Translations under genes and position numbers: made by a program | Notes under the pieces: generated by a model | What the model was told of the DNA's origin: nothing | Seen by the model: the letters and a program-made list of their open reading frames with translations, nothing else | Database searches by the model: none | Source: Myxococcota bacterium | GTDB lineage: Bacteria > Myxococcota_A > UBA9160 > JAFDDA01 | Direction: 5' to 3' | Assembly (NCBI GenBank): GCA_965228475.1 | Contig: OZ245817.1 | Location: 2,976,001 to 3,040,000, forward strand | Length of the DNA: 64,000 nucleotides | In this document: positions 35,197-44,618 of the stretch, piece after piece | Layout of the letters: every line of letters starts with the position of its first letter | How positions within the stretch are numbered: the stretch's first letter is position 1

Positions 35197-36927
35197 ATGC
35201 GGATGCGCCCTCTCCTGCTGTGCTCCTTCCTCCTCGCCGGCTCCCCGGCCGCGGCAGAGACCTACACCGACGTGACCGCGGCTGCCGGCATCGCCGGGCC
35301 GCAGCACGTCTGGAACCTCCCGCCCGACTGCCTGATCGCCGGCGTCTTCTGCGAGCCCGAGCGCATGAGCGGCGGTGCGGCCGTGGGCGACGTCGACGGT
35401 GACGGCTGGGACGACCTGCTCGTCACACGGCTCGAAGCTCCGGACGTGCTGTTCCGCAATCTCGGCGACGGCACCTTCAGCGACGTCACGGCGGGCTCGG
35501 GGCTCGACCTCCACTCGCGCAACACCAACGGCGCGCTCTTCCTCGACGTCGACAAGGACGGCGATCTCGACCTCTACGTGACGACCCTCGCGGAGGACGC
35601 CCACCTCCTCTTCATCAACGACGGCACGGGCACCTTCAGCGAGGAGGCGGCGGTGCGCGGCGCGGACGTGTTCTCGAGCGGAACGCGCATCGGCTACGGC
35701 CTCGCCGCGGGCGACTTCGACAAGGACGGCTGGCCGGATCTCTACGTCGGCGAGTGGCGGCCCTCGGGCCTCGCGGCGCCGGGCACCTCGAACAGCCGCC
35801 TGCTGCGGAACCGCGGCGCGGCGGCCCCCGGGCACTTCGAAGACGTGACCCTGGCCGCGGGGGTGCAGCCCGCCGTCGTGATCCCGAACGAATCCTGGGT
35901 GTTCGCGCCCGCCTTCGTCGACCTCGACGGCGACTCCTGGCCGGACCTCACCCTGACCTCGGACTTCGGCACGACGCTGCTCTTCTGGAACGACGGCGAC
36001 GGAACCTTCACCGAGGACACGGCCGGTGCGGGCGTCGGCACCGACGAGAACGGCATGGGCTCGACCTTCGGCGACTACGACGGCGACGGCGACCTCGACT
36101 GGTTCGTCACCTCGATCTTCGACCCGGCCGAGACCTGCGAGACGGTCTCCTGCGGCTGGGGCTACAGCGGGAACCGCCTCTTCCGCAACGAAGGCGGGCG
36201 GAGCTTCACGGACCAGACCGATTCGGCCGGCGTCCGCGAGGGCTACTGGGGCTGGGGCGCGGCGTTCTTCGATTCCGACAACGACGGCGATCTCGACCTC
36301 GTCCAGACGAACGGCGTCGACTTCCCGGACGGCACGGGCGGCGTCCCGGTGGGCATCGACGCCGACTGGGAGATGGACCCGATGCGCTTCTGGCGCAACG
36401 ACGGCACCGGCGTCATGAGCGAGGTCTCCGCGGCCGTCGGGCTGACCGACACGGGCTCGGGCAAGGGCCTGCTCGTCTTCGACTACGACCGCGACGGCGA
36501 TCAGGACGTCCTCATCGCGAACAACCAGACCGGGCCGCTCCTCTACCGCAACGACGGCGGCAACGCGAACGAGTGGCTGCGCGTCCGGGTCGTCGGGCGC
36601 GGCGACACGACGAGCGGCTTCGGCACGCGCATCCAAATCTCCGTCACCGGCCCGAGCGACGAGCAGGTCCGCATCCTCGGGGCGACCTCGCATTTCCTCG
36701 GCCAGAGCGAGCGGACGGCGCACTTCGGGCTCGGCGCGGCCACCCAGGTGGCGACCCTCGAGGTCAAGTTCCCGAACGGTGCGAAGCGGATCCTGAAGAA
36801 CGTGCCGTCGGGGCAGGAGATCGTGATCGACCAGGCGGAACTCGGCTGCGGGCTCCTCGGGGTCGAGGCGTGGCCCGCCCTCGCCTGCTGGCTCGCGCGT
36901 CGACGGCGGCGCCCGGCCCTGCGCTAG
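35197..36927 (+). CDS. CRTAC1-family FG-GAP/VCBS + ASPIC-UnbV protein with Cys-type C-terminal sorting tail
   Basis: Multiple D.DGDG..DL repeats, AHFGLG UnbV motif, tail GCGLLGVE-hydrophobic-RRRRR. Confidence 0.9.
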   Translation: MRMRPLLLCSFLLAGSPAAAETYTDVTAAAGIAGPQHVWNLPPDCLIAGVFCEPERMSGGAAVGDVDGDGWDDLLVTRLEAPDVLFRNLGDGTFSDVTAGSGLDLHSRNTNGALFLDVDKDGDLDLYVTTLAEDAHLLFINDGTGTFSEEAAVRGADVFSSGTRIGYGLAAGDFDKDGWPDLYVGEWRPSGLAAPGTSNSRLLRNRGAAAPGHFEDVTLAAGVQPAVVIPNESWVFAPAFVDLDGDSWPDLTLTSDFGTTLLFWNDGDGTFTEDTAGAGVGTDENGMGSTFGDYDGDGDLDWFVTSIFDPAETCETVSCGWGYSGNRLFRNEGGRSFTDQTDSAGVREGYWGWGAAFFDSDNDGDLDLVQTNGVDFPDGTGGVPVGIDADWEMDPMRFWRNDGTGVMSEVSAAVGLTDTGSGKGLLVFDYDRDGDQDVLIANNQTGPLLYRNDGGNANEWLRVRVVGRGDTTSGFGTRIQISVTGPSDEQVRILGATSHFLGQSERTAHFGLGAATQVATLEVKFPNGAKRILKNVPSGQEIVIDQAELGCGLLGVEAWPALACWLARRRRRPALR

Positions 36928-38126
36928 CGACCGGCCTCGGCCCCCTCGGACAGGTAGGAGAGCGCCATCGCCGCGTGGAGCGCCACGCCCGTCGCGAAGG
37001 CGGACTCGTTCAGCACCATCCGGTTCGAGTGGATGGGCGCGGCCGGCCCGTCGTCCGGGCGCGCGCCCAGGAAGACCATCGCCCCTGGGACCTCGTTCAG
37101 GACGTAGGAGAAGTCCTCGGCGCCCATGATCGGCGCGGGCATGTCGATCCAGCGCTCCTCACCGATCATCTCGGAGGCCACGCGGCGCGTGAAGTCCGCG
37201 AAGCCCGCATCGTTCGAGGTCACGCCGTAGCCCGGAAAGAGGCGCACCTCGCCCTCCATCTGGTGGGCCGCGCAGATGCCCTGCACCACGCGCTCGAGGC
37301 CCTCCCGCATCCGCTTCCGCGTGCGCTCCGAGACGGTGCGGATCGTCCCCATCAGCTGGGCGAGCTCGGGCACGACGTTGAAGGCGGTCCCCGCCTTCAC
37401 CTGGGTGACGGAACAGACGGCGGGATCGAACACGTCGACGCGGCGGGTGACGAGGCTCTGCAGGGCCGCGACGATCTCGCACGCCACCGGGATCGGATCG
37501 CGTGCGTGGTGGGGCATCGAGGCGTGCCCGCCCTTCCCCTTCACGTCGACGACGAAGGCGTCGGCGGCGGCGAGGAGCGCGCCCGGGCGCGAGGCCACCG
37601 CACCCGCGGGCACCGTCGGGTCCACGTGGATCGCGAAGGCCGCCTCGACCTTGGGCCCCTCGAGCAGCCCCTCGTCGATCATGTAGCGGGCGCCGCCCAG
37701 GCCCTCCTCCCCGGGCTGGAACATGAACTTCACGTTGCCCGCGAGGGCCTCGCGCCGGCTCGCGAGCAGGCGGGCCCCGGAGGCGAGCATGGCGACGTGG
37801 GCGTCGTGGCCGCAGGCGTGCATGCGCCCGTCTTCCTTCGAGGCGTAGGCGAGGCCGGTGTCTTCGGGCATCGGGAGCGCGTCGGTATCGGCGCGCAGGA
37901 GGATCGTCGGGCCGGGCTTCGCACCGCGCAGCAGGGCGACGACGCCGGTCGTCTTCTCGTGCTGTTCGACCTCGAGATCGAGACCCTCGAGGGAGTCCAG
38001 GATCGCCTCGCGCGTCCGCGGATTCTCGAGCCCGAGCTCCGGGTGCTCGTGGATCCGGCGCCGCAGGGCGACGGTCTCCGGCAGCAGGGCACGGGCCTCG
38101 TTCAGCAGTTCGGGATCGATGGACAT
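36924..38126 (-). CDS. M20D amidohydrolase
   Basis: RR.IHEHPELG, RAD.DALP, MHACGHD, FQPGEEG and GAEDF. Confidence 0.93.
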   Translation of the reverse strand: MSIDPELLNEARALLPETVALRRRIHEHPELGLENPRTREAILDSLEGLDLEVEQHEKTTGVVALLRGAKPGPTILLRADTDALPMPEDTGLAYASKEDGRMHACGHDAHVAMLASGARLLASRREALAGNVKFMFQPGEEGLGGARYMIDEGLLEGPKVEAAFAIHVDPTVPAGAVASRPGALLAAADAFVVDVKGKGGHASMPHHARDPIPVACEIVAALQSLVTRRVDVFDPAVCSVTQVKAGTAFNVVPELAQLMGTIRTVSERTRKRMREGLERVVQGICAAHQMEGEVRLFPGYGVTSNDAGFADFTRRVASEMIGEERWIDMPAPIMGAEDFSYVLNEVPGAMVFLGARPDDGPAAPIHSNRMVLNESAFATGVALHAAMALSYLSEGAEAGR

Positions 38127-38201
38127 CGCGAGCCTCCCGGGCGACCCGAAGCGGCGGCGCGCCTATCGGGACGGTGCGCGCCATTGTAGGCTCTCGCGCC
38201 C

Positions 38202-38921
38202 ATGGCCCGCCCCCTCGTCCGCAAGAACTCCGGCAGCACACGCCCGATCCCCGCCCGTTCCCCGGGAACCCTCGGTGGATCGATCGAGCAGCGCATCCCC
38301 CGCTGCCGCCGCTGTCCGCGCCTCGCGGGCTTCCTGGCCGATTCGCGCAAGAAGCGGCCCGACTACTGGAACCGCCCGGTGCCCGGTTTCGGCGACCCGC
38401 ACGCCTGGCTCGTGATCGTCGGCCTCGCCCCCGGGCTCCACGGCGCGAACCGGACCGGGCGCCCCTTCCAGGGGGATGCCTCGGGCGAATGGCTCTACGG
38501 AAGCCTCGAACGCGCGGGGCACTGGGACGGCGAGCGGCTGCGCGGCGCCTACATCGTGAACGCCGTGAAGTGCGTCCCGCCGGCGAACCGCCCCACCGGC
38601 GAGGAGATCACGCGCTGCGCACCGTGGCTGGCGGAGGAGTTCGAACGTCTCGATCGCGCGCGGGTGGTCGTGGCGCTCGGGCAGATCGCCCACCGCGCGG
38701 TCCTGCGGACCTGGGAGCAGACGCCGCTCTCCCACCACCCCTTCGGCCACGGCGTCGTCCACCGCTTCCCGGGCCGCCCGGCGCTCCTCTCGAGCTACCA
38801 CCCTTCGCGCCAGAACACGAACACCGGCACGCTGACCCGGGCGATGTGGGGCCGCATCTGGACCCGCGCCGCACGCTTCGCTCCCGAGCCGCACCCGGGA
38901 AAGCGGGGGCGCCGGCGTTGA
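38202..38921 (+). CDS. Uracil-DNA glycosylase, family 5 (Fe-S)
   Basis: CRRCPRL, GLAPG.HGANRTGRPF, KC.PP.N.P and HPS.QN. Confidence 0.9.
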   Translation: MARPLVRKNSGSTRPIPARSPGTLGGSIEQRIPRCRRCPRLAGFLADSRKKRPDYWNRPVPGFGDPHAWLVIVGLAPGLHGANRTGRPFQGDASGEWLYGSLERAGHWDGERLRGAYIVNAVKCVPPANRPTGEEITRCAPWLAEEFERLDRARVVVALGQIAHRAVLRTWEQTPLSHHPFGHGVVHRFPGRPALLSSYHPSRQNTNTGTLTRAMWGRIWTRAARFAPEPHPGKRGRRR

Positions 38922-39199
38922 GCGGCGCGGAGCCCGTGCGCAGGCGCCTGCGCATCGAGGGGCGCGTCCAGGGAGTGAGCTTCCGCTACTCGACCACGCA
39001 GGTCGCACGCCGTCTCGGCCTCGGCGGGTACGTCCGCAACCTGCCGGACGGGAGCGTCGAAGCCGCCTTCGAGGGGCCTCCGGGACCCGTCGCCGAAGCC
39101 GAGGCGTTCTGCCAGACCGGGCCCCGCCAAGCCCGGGTGGACCGCGTCGAAGCCCGCGACGAAGCCACCGAAGGCGCCACGGAGTTCGAGATCCGATGA
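38918..39199 (+). CDS. acyP: Acylphosphatase
   Basis: GRVQGV.FR and G.VRNL.DGSVE; TTGA overlap with the UDG gene. Confidence 0.92.
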   Translation: MSGAEPVRRRLRIEGRVQGVSFRYSTTQVARRLGLGGYVRNLPDGSVEAAFEGPPGPVAEAEAFCQTGPRQARVDRVEARDEATEGATEFEIR

Positions 39200-39657
39200 A
39201 GCCGCAGCGCCTGAAGATCCTCGGCGCCCTGCTCGCGGCCGCCGCGCTCGCCTGCACGGACGCCGGCTCGGGCCTTCCGCGCGGCGAGGTCACCATCCGG
39301 GGGACGACCGTCGGCGTGGACGTCGCCAACACGCCCGCCCGCCGCGCCCAGGGGCTCTCGGGCCGCCCGGAGCTGGCGAACGGCGAGGGCATGCTCTTCC
39401 TGCACGAAGAGCCGGGCCGCCACGGCTACTGGATGAAGGACATGCACTTCGAGATCGACATCCTGTGGCTGCGCGCCGGCCGCATCGTCGACATCGCCCA
39501 CCGCGCCGCGCCGCTCCCGGCGGGCACCCCGGAGAGCGAACTCCCCGTGCATCAGCCGCGCCGCGAAGCGGATGCCGTGCTCGAGGTGCCGGGCGGGTTC
39601 GCCCGGATGCACGGCTGGGACGTCGGCTCCCGGGTCGAGATCGAGCTGAAGGAGTAG
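39196..39657 (+). CDS. DUF192 family lipoprotein
   Basis: ALAC lipobox; R..GL..R, GMLF, WMKDM.F.ID and VLEV..G. Confidence 0.9.
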   Translation: MKPQRLKILGALLAAAALACTDAGSGLPRGEVTIRGTTVGVDVANTPARRAQGLSGRPELANGEGMLFLHEEPGRHGYWMKDMHFEIDILWLRAGRIVDIAHRAAPLPAGTPESELPVHQPRREADAVLEVPGGFARMHGWDVGSRVEIELKE

Positions 39658-39672
39658 GCGCGCGCCGGCGGC

Positions 39673-40968
39673 CTAGGGGCCGAGGAAGCCGACCTTCGCG
39701 GCCGACGGGAACTCGGCGAGGATCGATTCCTTCACCGCGCGTTCGAGGCCGTCGAGGTCGCGGCCCACGGCCTCCCGGAGCGCGTCGTCCTGGGAGTCGC
39801 CCCGGGCCAGGGCCGCCAGCAGGCGCGCGCGCTTCCAGCTGTCGGTCCGCTCGACGAGCCACTGCGCCGCCGCGGTGGAGATCGTGTACGCGATGCGCGC
39901 GTCGTCGCCCTCGAGCCCGGCGAAGCTCGGCGAGAGCCGGTAGAGCGGAATCCACGTCCCGCTGCGGATCCGGTCGCGCAGGCGGATGCGCTCGGAGCGC
40001 GAGAGGATCTCCTCCTGCCGCGACGTGCGCTCCGCCATCTCCGCGAGCCCTTCGTTCAGCCAGTAGGGCCGGTCGCCGCCGGTCTGCTCGCGAAAGAGGG
40101 CGTGGGTGTACTCGTGGAAGAGCAGCGAGCGGAGTTCGCCCTCCGGGTGCGCGGCCGAGACGACGTGGATGCGGCCGTCGTAGAAACCGACCGTGTCGAA
40201 GGAGAAGCGGTGCGCGTGGGCGCGGACGTAGGCCGCCTTGCCGTAGAGCACGACGGTCGTCGGCTCCTGCGGGCGGACGCCCCATTGCCGGACCAGGTGC
40301 TCGTGGGCCTCCTCGAGGTAGCGGGAGACCGTGCGCGCGTAGTCGGGCGTGCGCAGCGCCAGGGCGCGGTCGTAGCGAACGACGAAGTTCGGGCTCTCGA
40401 CGCGGCGGAACGTCGCCGGCCCGGTGTCCGCGCGCAGGAGCCGCCGCTCGTCTTCGAGGGCCGCGAGCCGCTCCTTCGCCGAAGAACGCCAGGTCTCGAG
40501 CTCCGGCCCCGCGTGGGTCAGGAAGGATCGCAGGTGGTCCTCGGCGGTCCGGAAGTGCCCGCGCTGCCGTTCGAGCAGCGCCAGGTACCAGTGGGCGTGG
40601 GCGTTGTTCGGGTCCTGCTCGAGGACGCGGCGCAGCGTCGTGGTGGCGCGGGCCGTCTCCCCCGCGCGCAGGTCGTCGAGGGCACCGCGCAGCTCGCGCA
40701 CCCGCCGCCGTTCGGGGCGGTTCGAATCGGAGACCAGGGGCTCGCCCGCCGGACCGAGGATCTCCCCGTCCCAGAGTCCGCCGAGTTCGACGTCCTCGCC
40801 GACCACCGAACGCTTCGACGGGGGCACCTTGGACGGGTCGCTGGTGAGATGGGTGGTGCCGTTCTCGTCCACCCAGACGAAGGTCTCCGCCGCAGCGTGG
40901 GCAGCGAGAAGGAGGGCAGAGGTCACCAGGAACGAGGCCGCTCGGAGGCGGGTCGACAGAGCGCGCAT
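39673..40968 (-). CDS. Secreted DUF4124-TPR-peptidase MA (gluzincin-like) protein
   Basis: Signal peptide, WVDENG..H.T N-domain, TPR, HEYTH + WLNEGLAE. Confidence 0.8.
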   Translation of the reverse strand: MRALSTRLRAASFLVTSALLLAAHAAAETFVWVDENGTTHLTSDPSKVPPSKRSVVGEDVELGGLWDGEILGPAGEPLVSDSNRPERRRVRELRGALDDLRAGETARATTTLRRVLEQDPNNAHAHWYLALLERQRGHFRTAEDHLRSFLTHAGPELETWRSSAKERLAALEDERRLLRADTGPATFRRVESPNFVVRYDRALALRTPDYARTVSRYLEEAHEHLVRQWGVRPQEPTTVVLYGKAAYVRAHAHRFSFDTVGFYDGRIHVVSAAHPEGELRSLLFHEYTHALFREQTGGDRPYWLNEGLAEMAERTSRQEEILSRSERIRLRDRIRSGTWIPLYRLSPSFAGLEGDDARIAYTISTAAAQWLVERTDSWKRARLLAALARGDSQDDALREAVGRDLDGLERAVKESILAEFPSAAKVGFLGP

Positions 40969-41042
40969 CCCTTGTTTTTCGGCCGGTTGCGGCCCGGGCT
41001 TGAAGCGCTTCGCGAGAGCGGGCGGAGGGCCCGGGCTCTCCC

Positions 41043-41579
41043 CTATCGCGTCTTCACCGCCTCGGCGGCGAGGTGCCCGAGTTCGGGGAGCAGGAGCTTC
41101 TCGAGGGCCAGGCGGAGGGCGCCCCGGGAGCCCGGCAGGACGAAGACGACCTTCCCCGCGGAGAGGCCGGCGAGCGCGCGCGAGAGGATCGCGGCGGAGC
41201 CGATGTCCTCGTAGGAGAGCATGCGGAAGAGCTCGCCGAAGCCCGGGATCTGGCGGTCGAGCAGCGGGGCCACGGTTTCGGGCGTGACGTCCCGGGGTGC
41301 GACGCCGGTTCCGCCCGTCACGACGATGGCGCGAACGGCGTCGCTCGCGAGGGCGTCGCGGACGGCGGCCTCGATCTCGCTCGGCTCGTCGCGCACGATG
41401 GTGCGGCTCGCCACGACGTGCCCGGCGCCCTCGAGCGCCTCGGCGAGCAGCGCGCCGCCCGTGTCGGTCTCGAGCGTCCGGGTATCGCTCACCGTCAGGA
41501 CGGCGGTCGGCACGCTCGCGAGCGCATCGGCCCGGTGGCGGTGCAGGCCCGCGTGGTCCTTGGCTCCGGGGTCGGACAC
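41043..41579 (-). CDS. moaB: Molybdenum cofactor biosynthesis MoaB/MogA
   Basis: TVSD.R, TGGTG..PRDVTPE, PGFGE.FR and LPGS. Confidence 0.9.
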   Translation of the reverse strand: MSDPGAKDHAGLHRHRADALASVPTAVLTVSDTRTLETDTGGALLAEALEGAGHVVASRTIVRDEPSEIEAAVRDALASDAVRAIVVTGGTGVAPRDVTPETVAPLLDRQIPGFGELFRMLSYEDIGSAAILSRALAGLSAGKVVFVLPGSRGALRLALEKLLLPELGHLAAEAVKTR

Positions 41580-42244
41580 TAGGCGTGGTCCTCGACCCAG
41601 TACTCGCCCGAGGTGGTGACCTCCTTCTTCCAGATCGGGACGGTCACCTTGAGCGTGTCGATGGCGAACTGGCAGGCGGCGAAAGCCTCCCCGCGGTGCG
41701 GCGACGCCGCGGCGATCACCACGGCAAGGTCGCCGATCGCCAGGTGCCCGACGCGGTGGGCGATCGCGACCCGCGTCTTCGGCCAGCGCTGCTCCGCCTC
41801 CTCGGCGATCTTCTCCATCTCCGCGCAGGCCATCGCCGGGTAGGCCTCGTACTGGAGGTGGCGGATCTCGTGGCCCTTCGAGTGATTGCGCACGGCACCG
41901 AGGAAGGTCACGAGGCCGCCGGCGTCGGGGCCCATCACCCGGGCCGCGACGGCGTCGGCGTCGAGCGGGGTTTCGTGGAGCGAGCAGCGCCCTCCGCCCC
42001 CGGAGACGGGCGGCAGGAAGGCCACCTCGTCGCCGTCGGCGAGGGGCTTGGCGTCCTCGGCCCGCTCCTCGTTCACGGCCACCATCAGGTGGGAGGAGGC
42101 GCGGGCGAAGGCTTCGTGCTCGGCTTCGAGCTGGGCGCGAAGGGCCGCGACGTCGGCCCCGTCGGGCAGGCTCACGTCGAGGTCTTTGGCGCCGACGGCC
42201 TCGCGGATGCTGCCGAACAGGAGGATGCGGACACGGAGCGGCAT
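41579..42244 (-). CDS. moaDE: Fused molybdopterin synthase MoaD-MoaE
   Basis: GDEVAFLPPVSGG followed in frame by F.G.VRN, HRVG.L and PIWKKE. Confidence 0.92.
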   Translation of the reverse strand: MPLRVRILLFGSIREAVGAKDLDVSLPDGADVAALRAQLEAEHEAFARASSHLMVAVNEERAEDAKPLADGDEVAFLPPVSGGGGRCSLHETPLDADAVAARVMGPDAGGLVTFLGAVRNHSKGHEIRHLQYEAYPAMACAEMEKIAEEAEQRWPKTRVAIAHRVGHLAIGDLAVVIAAASPHRGEAFAACQFAIDTLKVTVPIWKKEVTTSGEYWVEDHA

Positions 42245-42418
42245 GGGGCGGAGCCTACCCGACCCGGCCCCGCGCGGCTGCTCCGCCGGCCCGACGAAAA
42301 AGGAGAGGCGTACCGCGCCCGTCCGTCCTCGAAAGGGCGGCGGGCGACGGCGCCTCGGGTGGTTCGTTCCGGCTTCGGCCGCTCCTGCTCGGCCGCTCCG
42401 GGTTCGGCCGGGCTCGGA

Positions 42419-42904
42419 CTAGTTCGCGCTGGCGTTCGCGCCGTTGCCCGCGGCGTCGGGCTTGGCCTGTCCGTTCGGCTTCGCGCCCGGCTTCGTCTTG
42501 CCCGCGTCCGCGTTCGAGCCCATGCGGATGCTGCCCTGCAGGCTCGCACCTTCCTCGACCACGAGCTTCGGCGTCTGGACGTCGCCCGTCACCTCGGCGG
42601 TCTTGTGCAGCACGAGCTTCTCGGTCGCGACGATGTCGCCCTCGACCGAGCCGCTCACGATGACGTGTCGCGAACGGATCGTCGCGCTCACCACGCCGGG
42701 CTCACCGACGATGAGCGTGTTCTCGCTCGAGATCTCGCCCTTGAACGAGCCGTCGATGCGGACCGTGTTCTTGAAGGACAGCTTGCCCTCGAACTCCGAC
42801 CCCTGGTCGATGAAGGCGGTCAAGGCCTCGGACGTACCCGAGTCGTAGGAAGCAGGCGGCGCAGCGGGCGCGTCGCCCTCGTTCGGTCGAAGAAACCGGC
42901 TCAT
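42419..42904 (-). CDS. Bactofilin (polymer-forming cytoskeletal protein)
   Basis: I..G..FEG.L, RIDG.F.GEI, V.GD repeats and EEGA...G.I.M; start uncertain. Confidence 0.9.
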   Translation of the reverse strand: MSRFLRPNEGDAPAAPPASYDSGTSEALTAFIDQGSEFEGKLSFKNTVRIDGSFKGEISSENTLIVGEPGVVSATIRSRHVIVSGSVEGDIVATEKLVLHKTAEVTGDVQTPKLVVEEGASLQGSIRMGSNADAGKTKPGAKPNGQAKPDAAGNGANASAN

Positions 42905-42989
42905 TTGGGGACCCTCCTCGTGCTCCATGAGTTCGGCCGCCTCGGGGAAAGACTTGAGGCCGGAGTGGGCCCCCGGAGAGGGAAAATCG

Positions 42990-43607
42990 CTAGCCGGGCT
43001 GGGGGCTCTTCCGGAAGAGATGCGGGGCCGAGAGCCAGCCCCCGGCGAAGCCCGCGAGGTGGGCGAAGACCGCCACGCCCGAGCCACCCAGGCCGAGCGT
43101 GAGGCCCAGGGCGAGCAGGCCCGGCAGGAGCCCGCGCGGGCCGCCTTCGCGCCAGGAGCCGAGACGCAGATGGGCGCCCAGCAGGCCCGCGATGCTGCCG
43201 CTCGCGCCGACGGCCGGCACGAAGGCCTCGGGCTGCGAGACGACGTGGGCGAGGCCGGCGCCGAAGCCGACGCCGAAGAAGAGCGCCAGGAACCGGCCGG
43301 GGCCGCCGCGCACCTCGAGGCTCGGGCCGAAGAGGGCGAGGAAGCCGAGGTTCGAACCGAGGTGGAGCCACCCGGCGTGCAGGAAGATCGCCGTCGCGAG
43401 CGTGAACCAGCGCCCGGCGACGAACTCTCGCGGAACGAGCCCGTAGGACGAGATCAGGGCGTCGAACTCTGCGGCGCCACCGCGCTGCTGGACGAAGAGC
43501 TCGAGGCCGAACCCGGCAGCGAGCAGGAGGGCCAGGCCGACGACCGCGGGGCTCCGGCGCAGCGCGCTCGATGCGGGCGGGAGCGGCCGGTCGACGTCGA
43601 GCGCCAT
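42990..43607 (-). CDS. Rhomboid intramembrane serine protease
   Basis: FLH.G..HL..N, VGASG and AHL.GF. Confidence 0.88.
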   Translation of the reverse strand: MALDVDRPLPPASSALRRSPAVVGLALLLAAGFGLELFVQQRGGAAEFDALISSYGLVPREFVAGRWFTLATAIFLHAGWLHLGSNLGFLALFGPSLEVRGGPGRFLALFFGVGFGAGLAHVVSQPEAFVPAVGASGSIAGLLGAHLRLGSWREGGPRGLLPGLLALGLTLGLGGSGVAVFAHLAGFAGGWLSAPHLFRKSPQPG

Positions 43608-43715
43608 GACCCCCGATCATACAGCCGCACGCCCCGCCGGGCGCATCGGCCGAGGCGCTCCGATCGCGCCCGAAGAACCGGTGCCGGGCGCCGAGTTGCT
43701 AGAGTCCGGCATTCC

Positions 43716-44618
43716 ATGGCAGAACCCGCCCCCGACACCGTGCCCGATGGATTGCTGCGCCGGAGCCTCGCTTCCGGGCGCATCCACTCGGCCTACCTGC
43801 TCGCCGGCCCGGGGGAGCGGCCGCGCGAGGCCGCGGAGGCCTTCGCGCGAGCCATCGTCTGCACCGCCGAGAGCGGGCAGCCGTGCGGAACGTGCGAGGC
43901 CTGCCAGCGGTCGTCGCGGGGCGAGCCCGTCGAAATCGACGGCACGGGCAAGTCCGGCCCGCTCTACCGGCACATTGGCGACCACCCGGACCTGCTCTGG
44001 GTCGCCCGCGGGCCCGACGACACCCGCGTGCGCATCGGCCAGGTGCGCGCCCTCCAGGCGGCGCTGCAGCTTCGCTCCCACGGCGGCGGCCGGCGCGTCG
44101 CGGTCATCGCGGATGCGGAGTGGCTGAACCAGGAAGCGCAGAACGCCTTGCTCCGGCTGCTCGAGGAGCCGCCCGAGGACACGACCCTGGTGCTCGTCGC
44201 CGCGAGCGCCGCAGGGCTCCTGACCACGGTGCGTTCGCGCTGCCAGCGCGTGGTCTTCGCGCCGCCGCGGCGCCCGGCCCTCGCCGACGAGGAGACGCCC
44301 GAAGAGACCCGCGAGATCGCCGCCCGCCTCGATGGCATCGCGCGGGAGGACGTGCCCTCCCTGCTCGACTGGGCCGAGGAATATCGCGGCGCGCGGGCCC
44401 CCGCCGCGGCCGCCGTGAGCCACCTGCTCGGGACGGCCTGCGTGTGGCTGAACGAGCGCGTGCGCCGCCAGATCGCCGACGGGGCCCTCGGCGTCGACGC
44501 CGAGCTCGACGCCTTCCACACCCTGCGCGATTGCCGCCGCTCCCTCGTCCAGCACAACGCGAACCCCCAGATGGTCGCCGAACGTGCCCTGCTCGCCCTC
44601 CGCGGGGCCGTCCGATGA
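43716..44618 (+). CDS. holB: DNA polymerase III delta' subunit
   Basis: AYLL.GP, zinc Cys cluster, HPD, QNALL..LEEPP and TVRSRC; coupled to metG. Confidence 0.85.
   Translation: MAEPAPDTVPDGLLRRSLASGRIHSAYLLAGPGERPREAAEAFARAIVCTAESGQPCGTCEACQRSSRGEPVEIDGTGKSGPLYRHIGDHPDLLWVARGPDDTRVRIGQVRALQAALQLRSHGGGRRVAVIADAEWLNQEAQNALLRLLEEPPEDTTLVLVAASAAGLLTTVRSRCQRVVFAPPRRPALADEETPEETREIAARLDGIAREDVPSLLDWAEEYRGARAPAAAAVSHLLGTACVWLNERVRRQIADGALGVDAELDAFHTLRDCRRSLVQHNANPQMVAERALLALRGAVR

Noticed and set aside
42990..43607. Rhomboid as the sorting enzyme (rhombosortase) for the CTERM proteins
   Set aside because: Generic rhomboid motifs only, no adjacent GlyGly-CTERM target, and 6 kb away from the sorted proteins.
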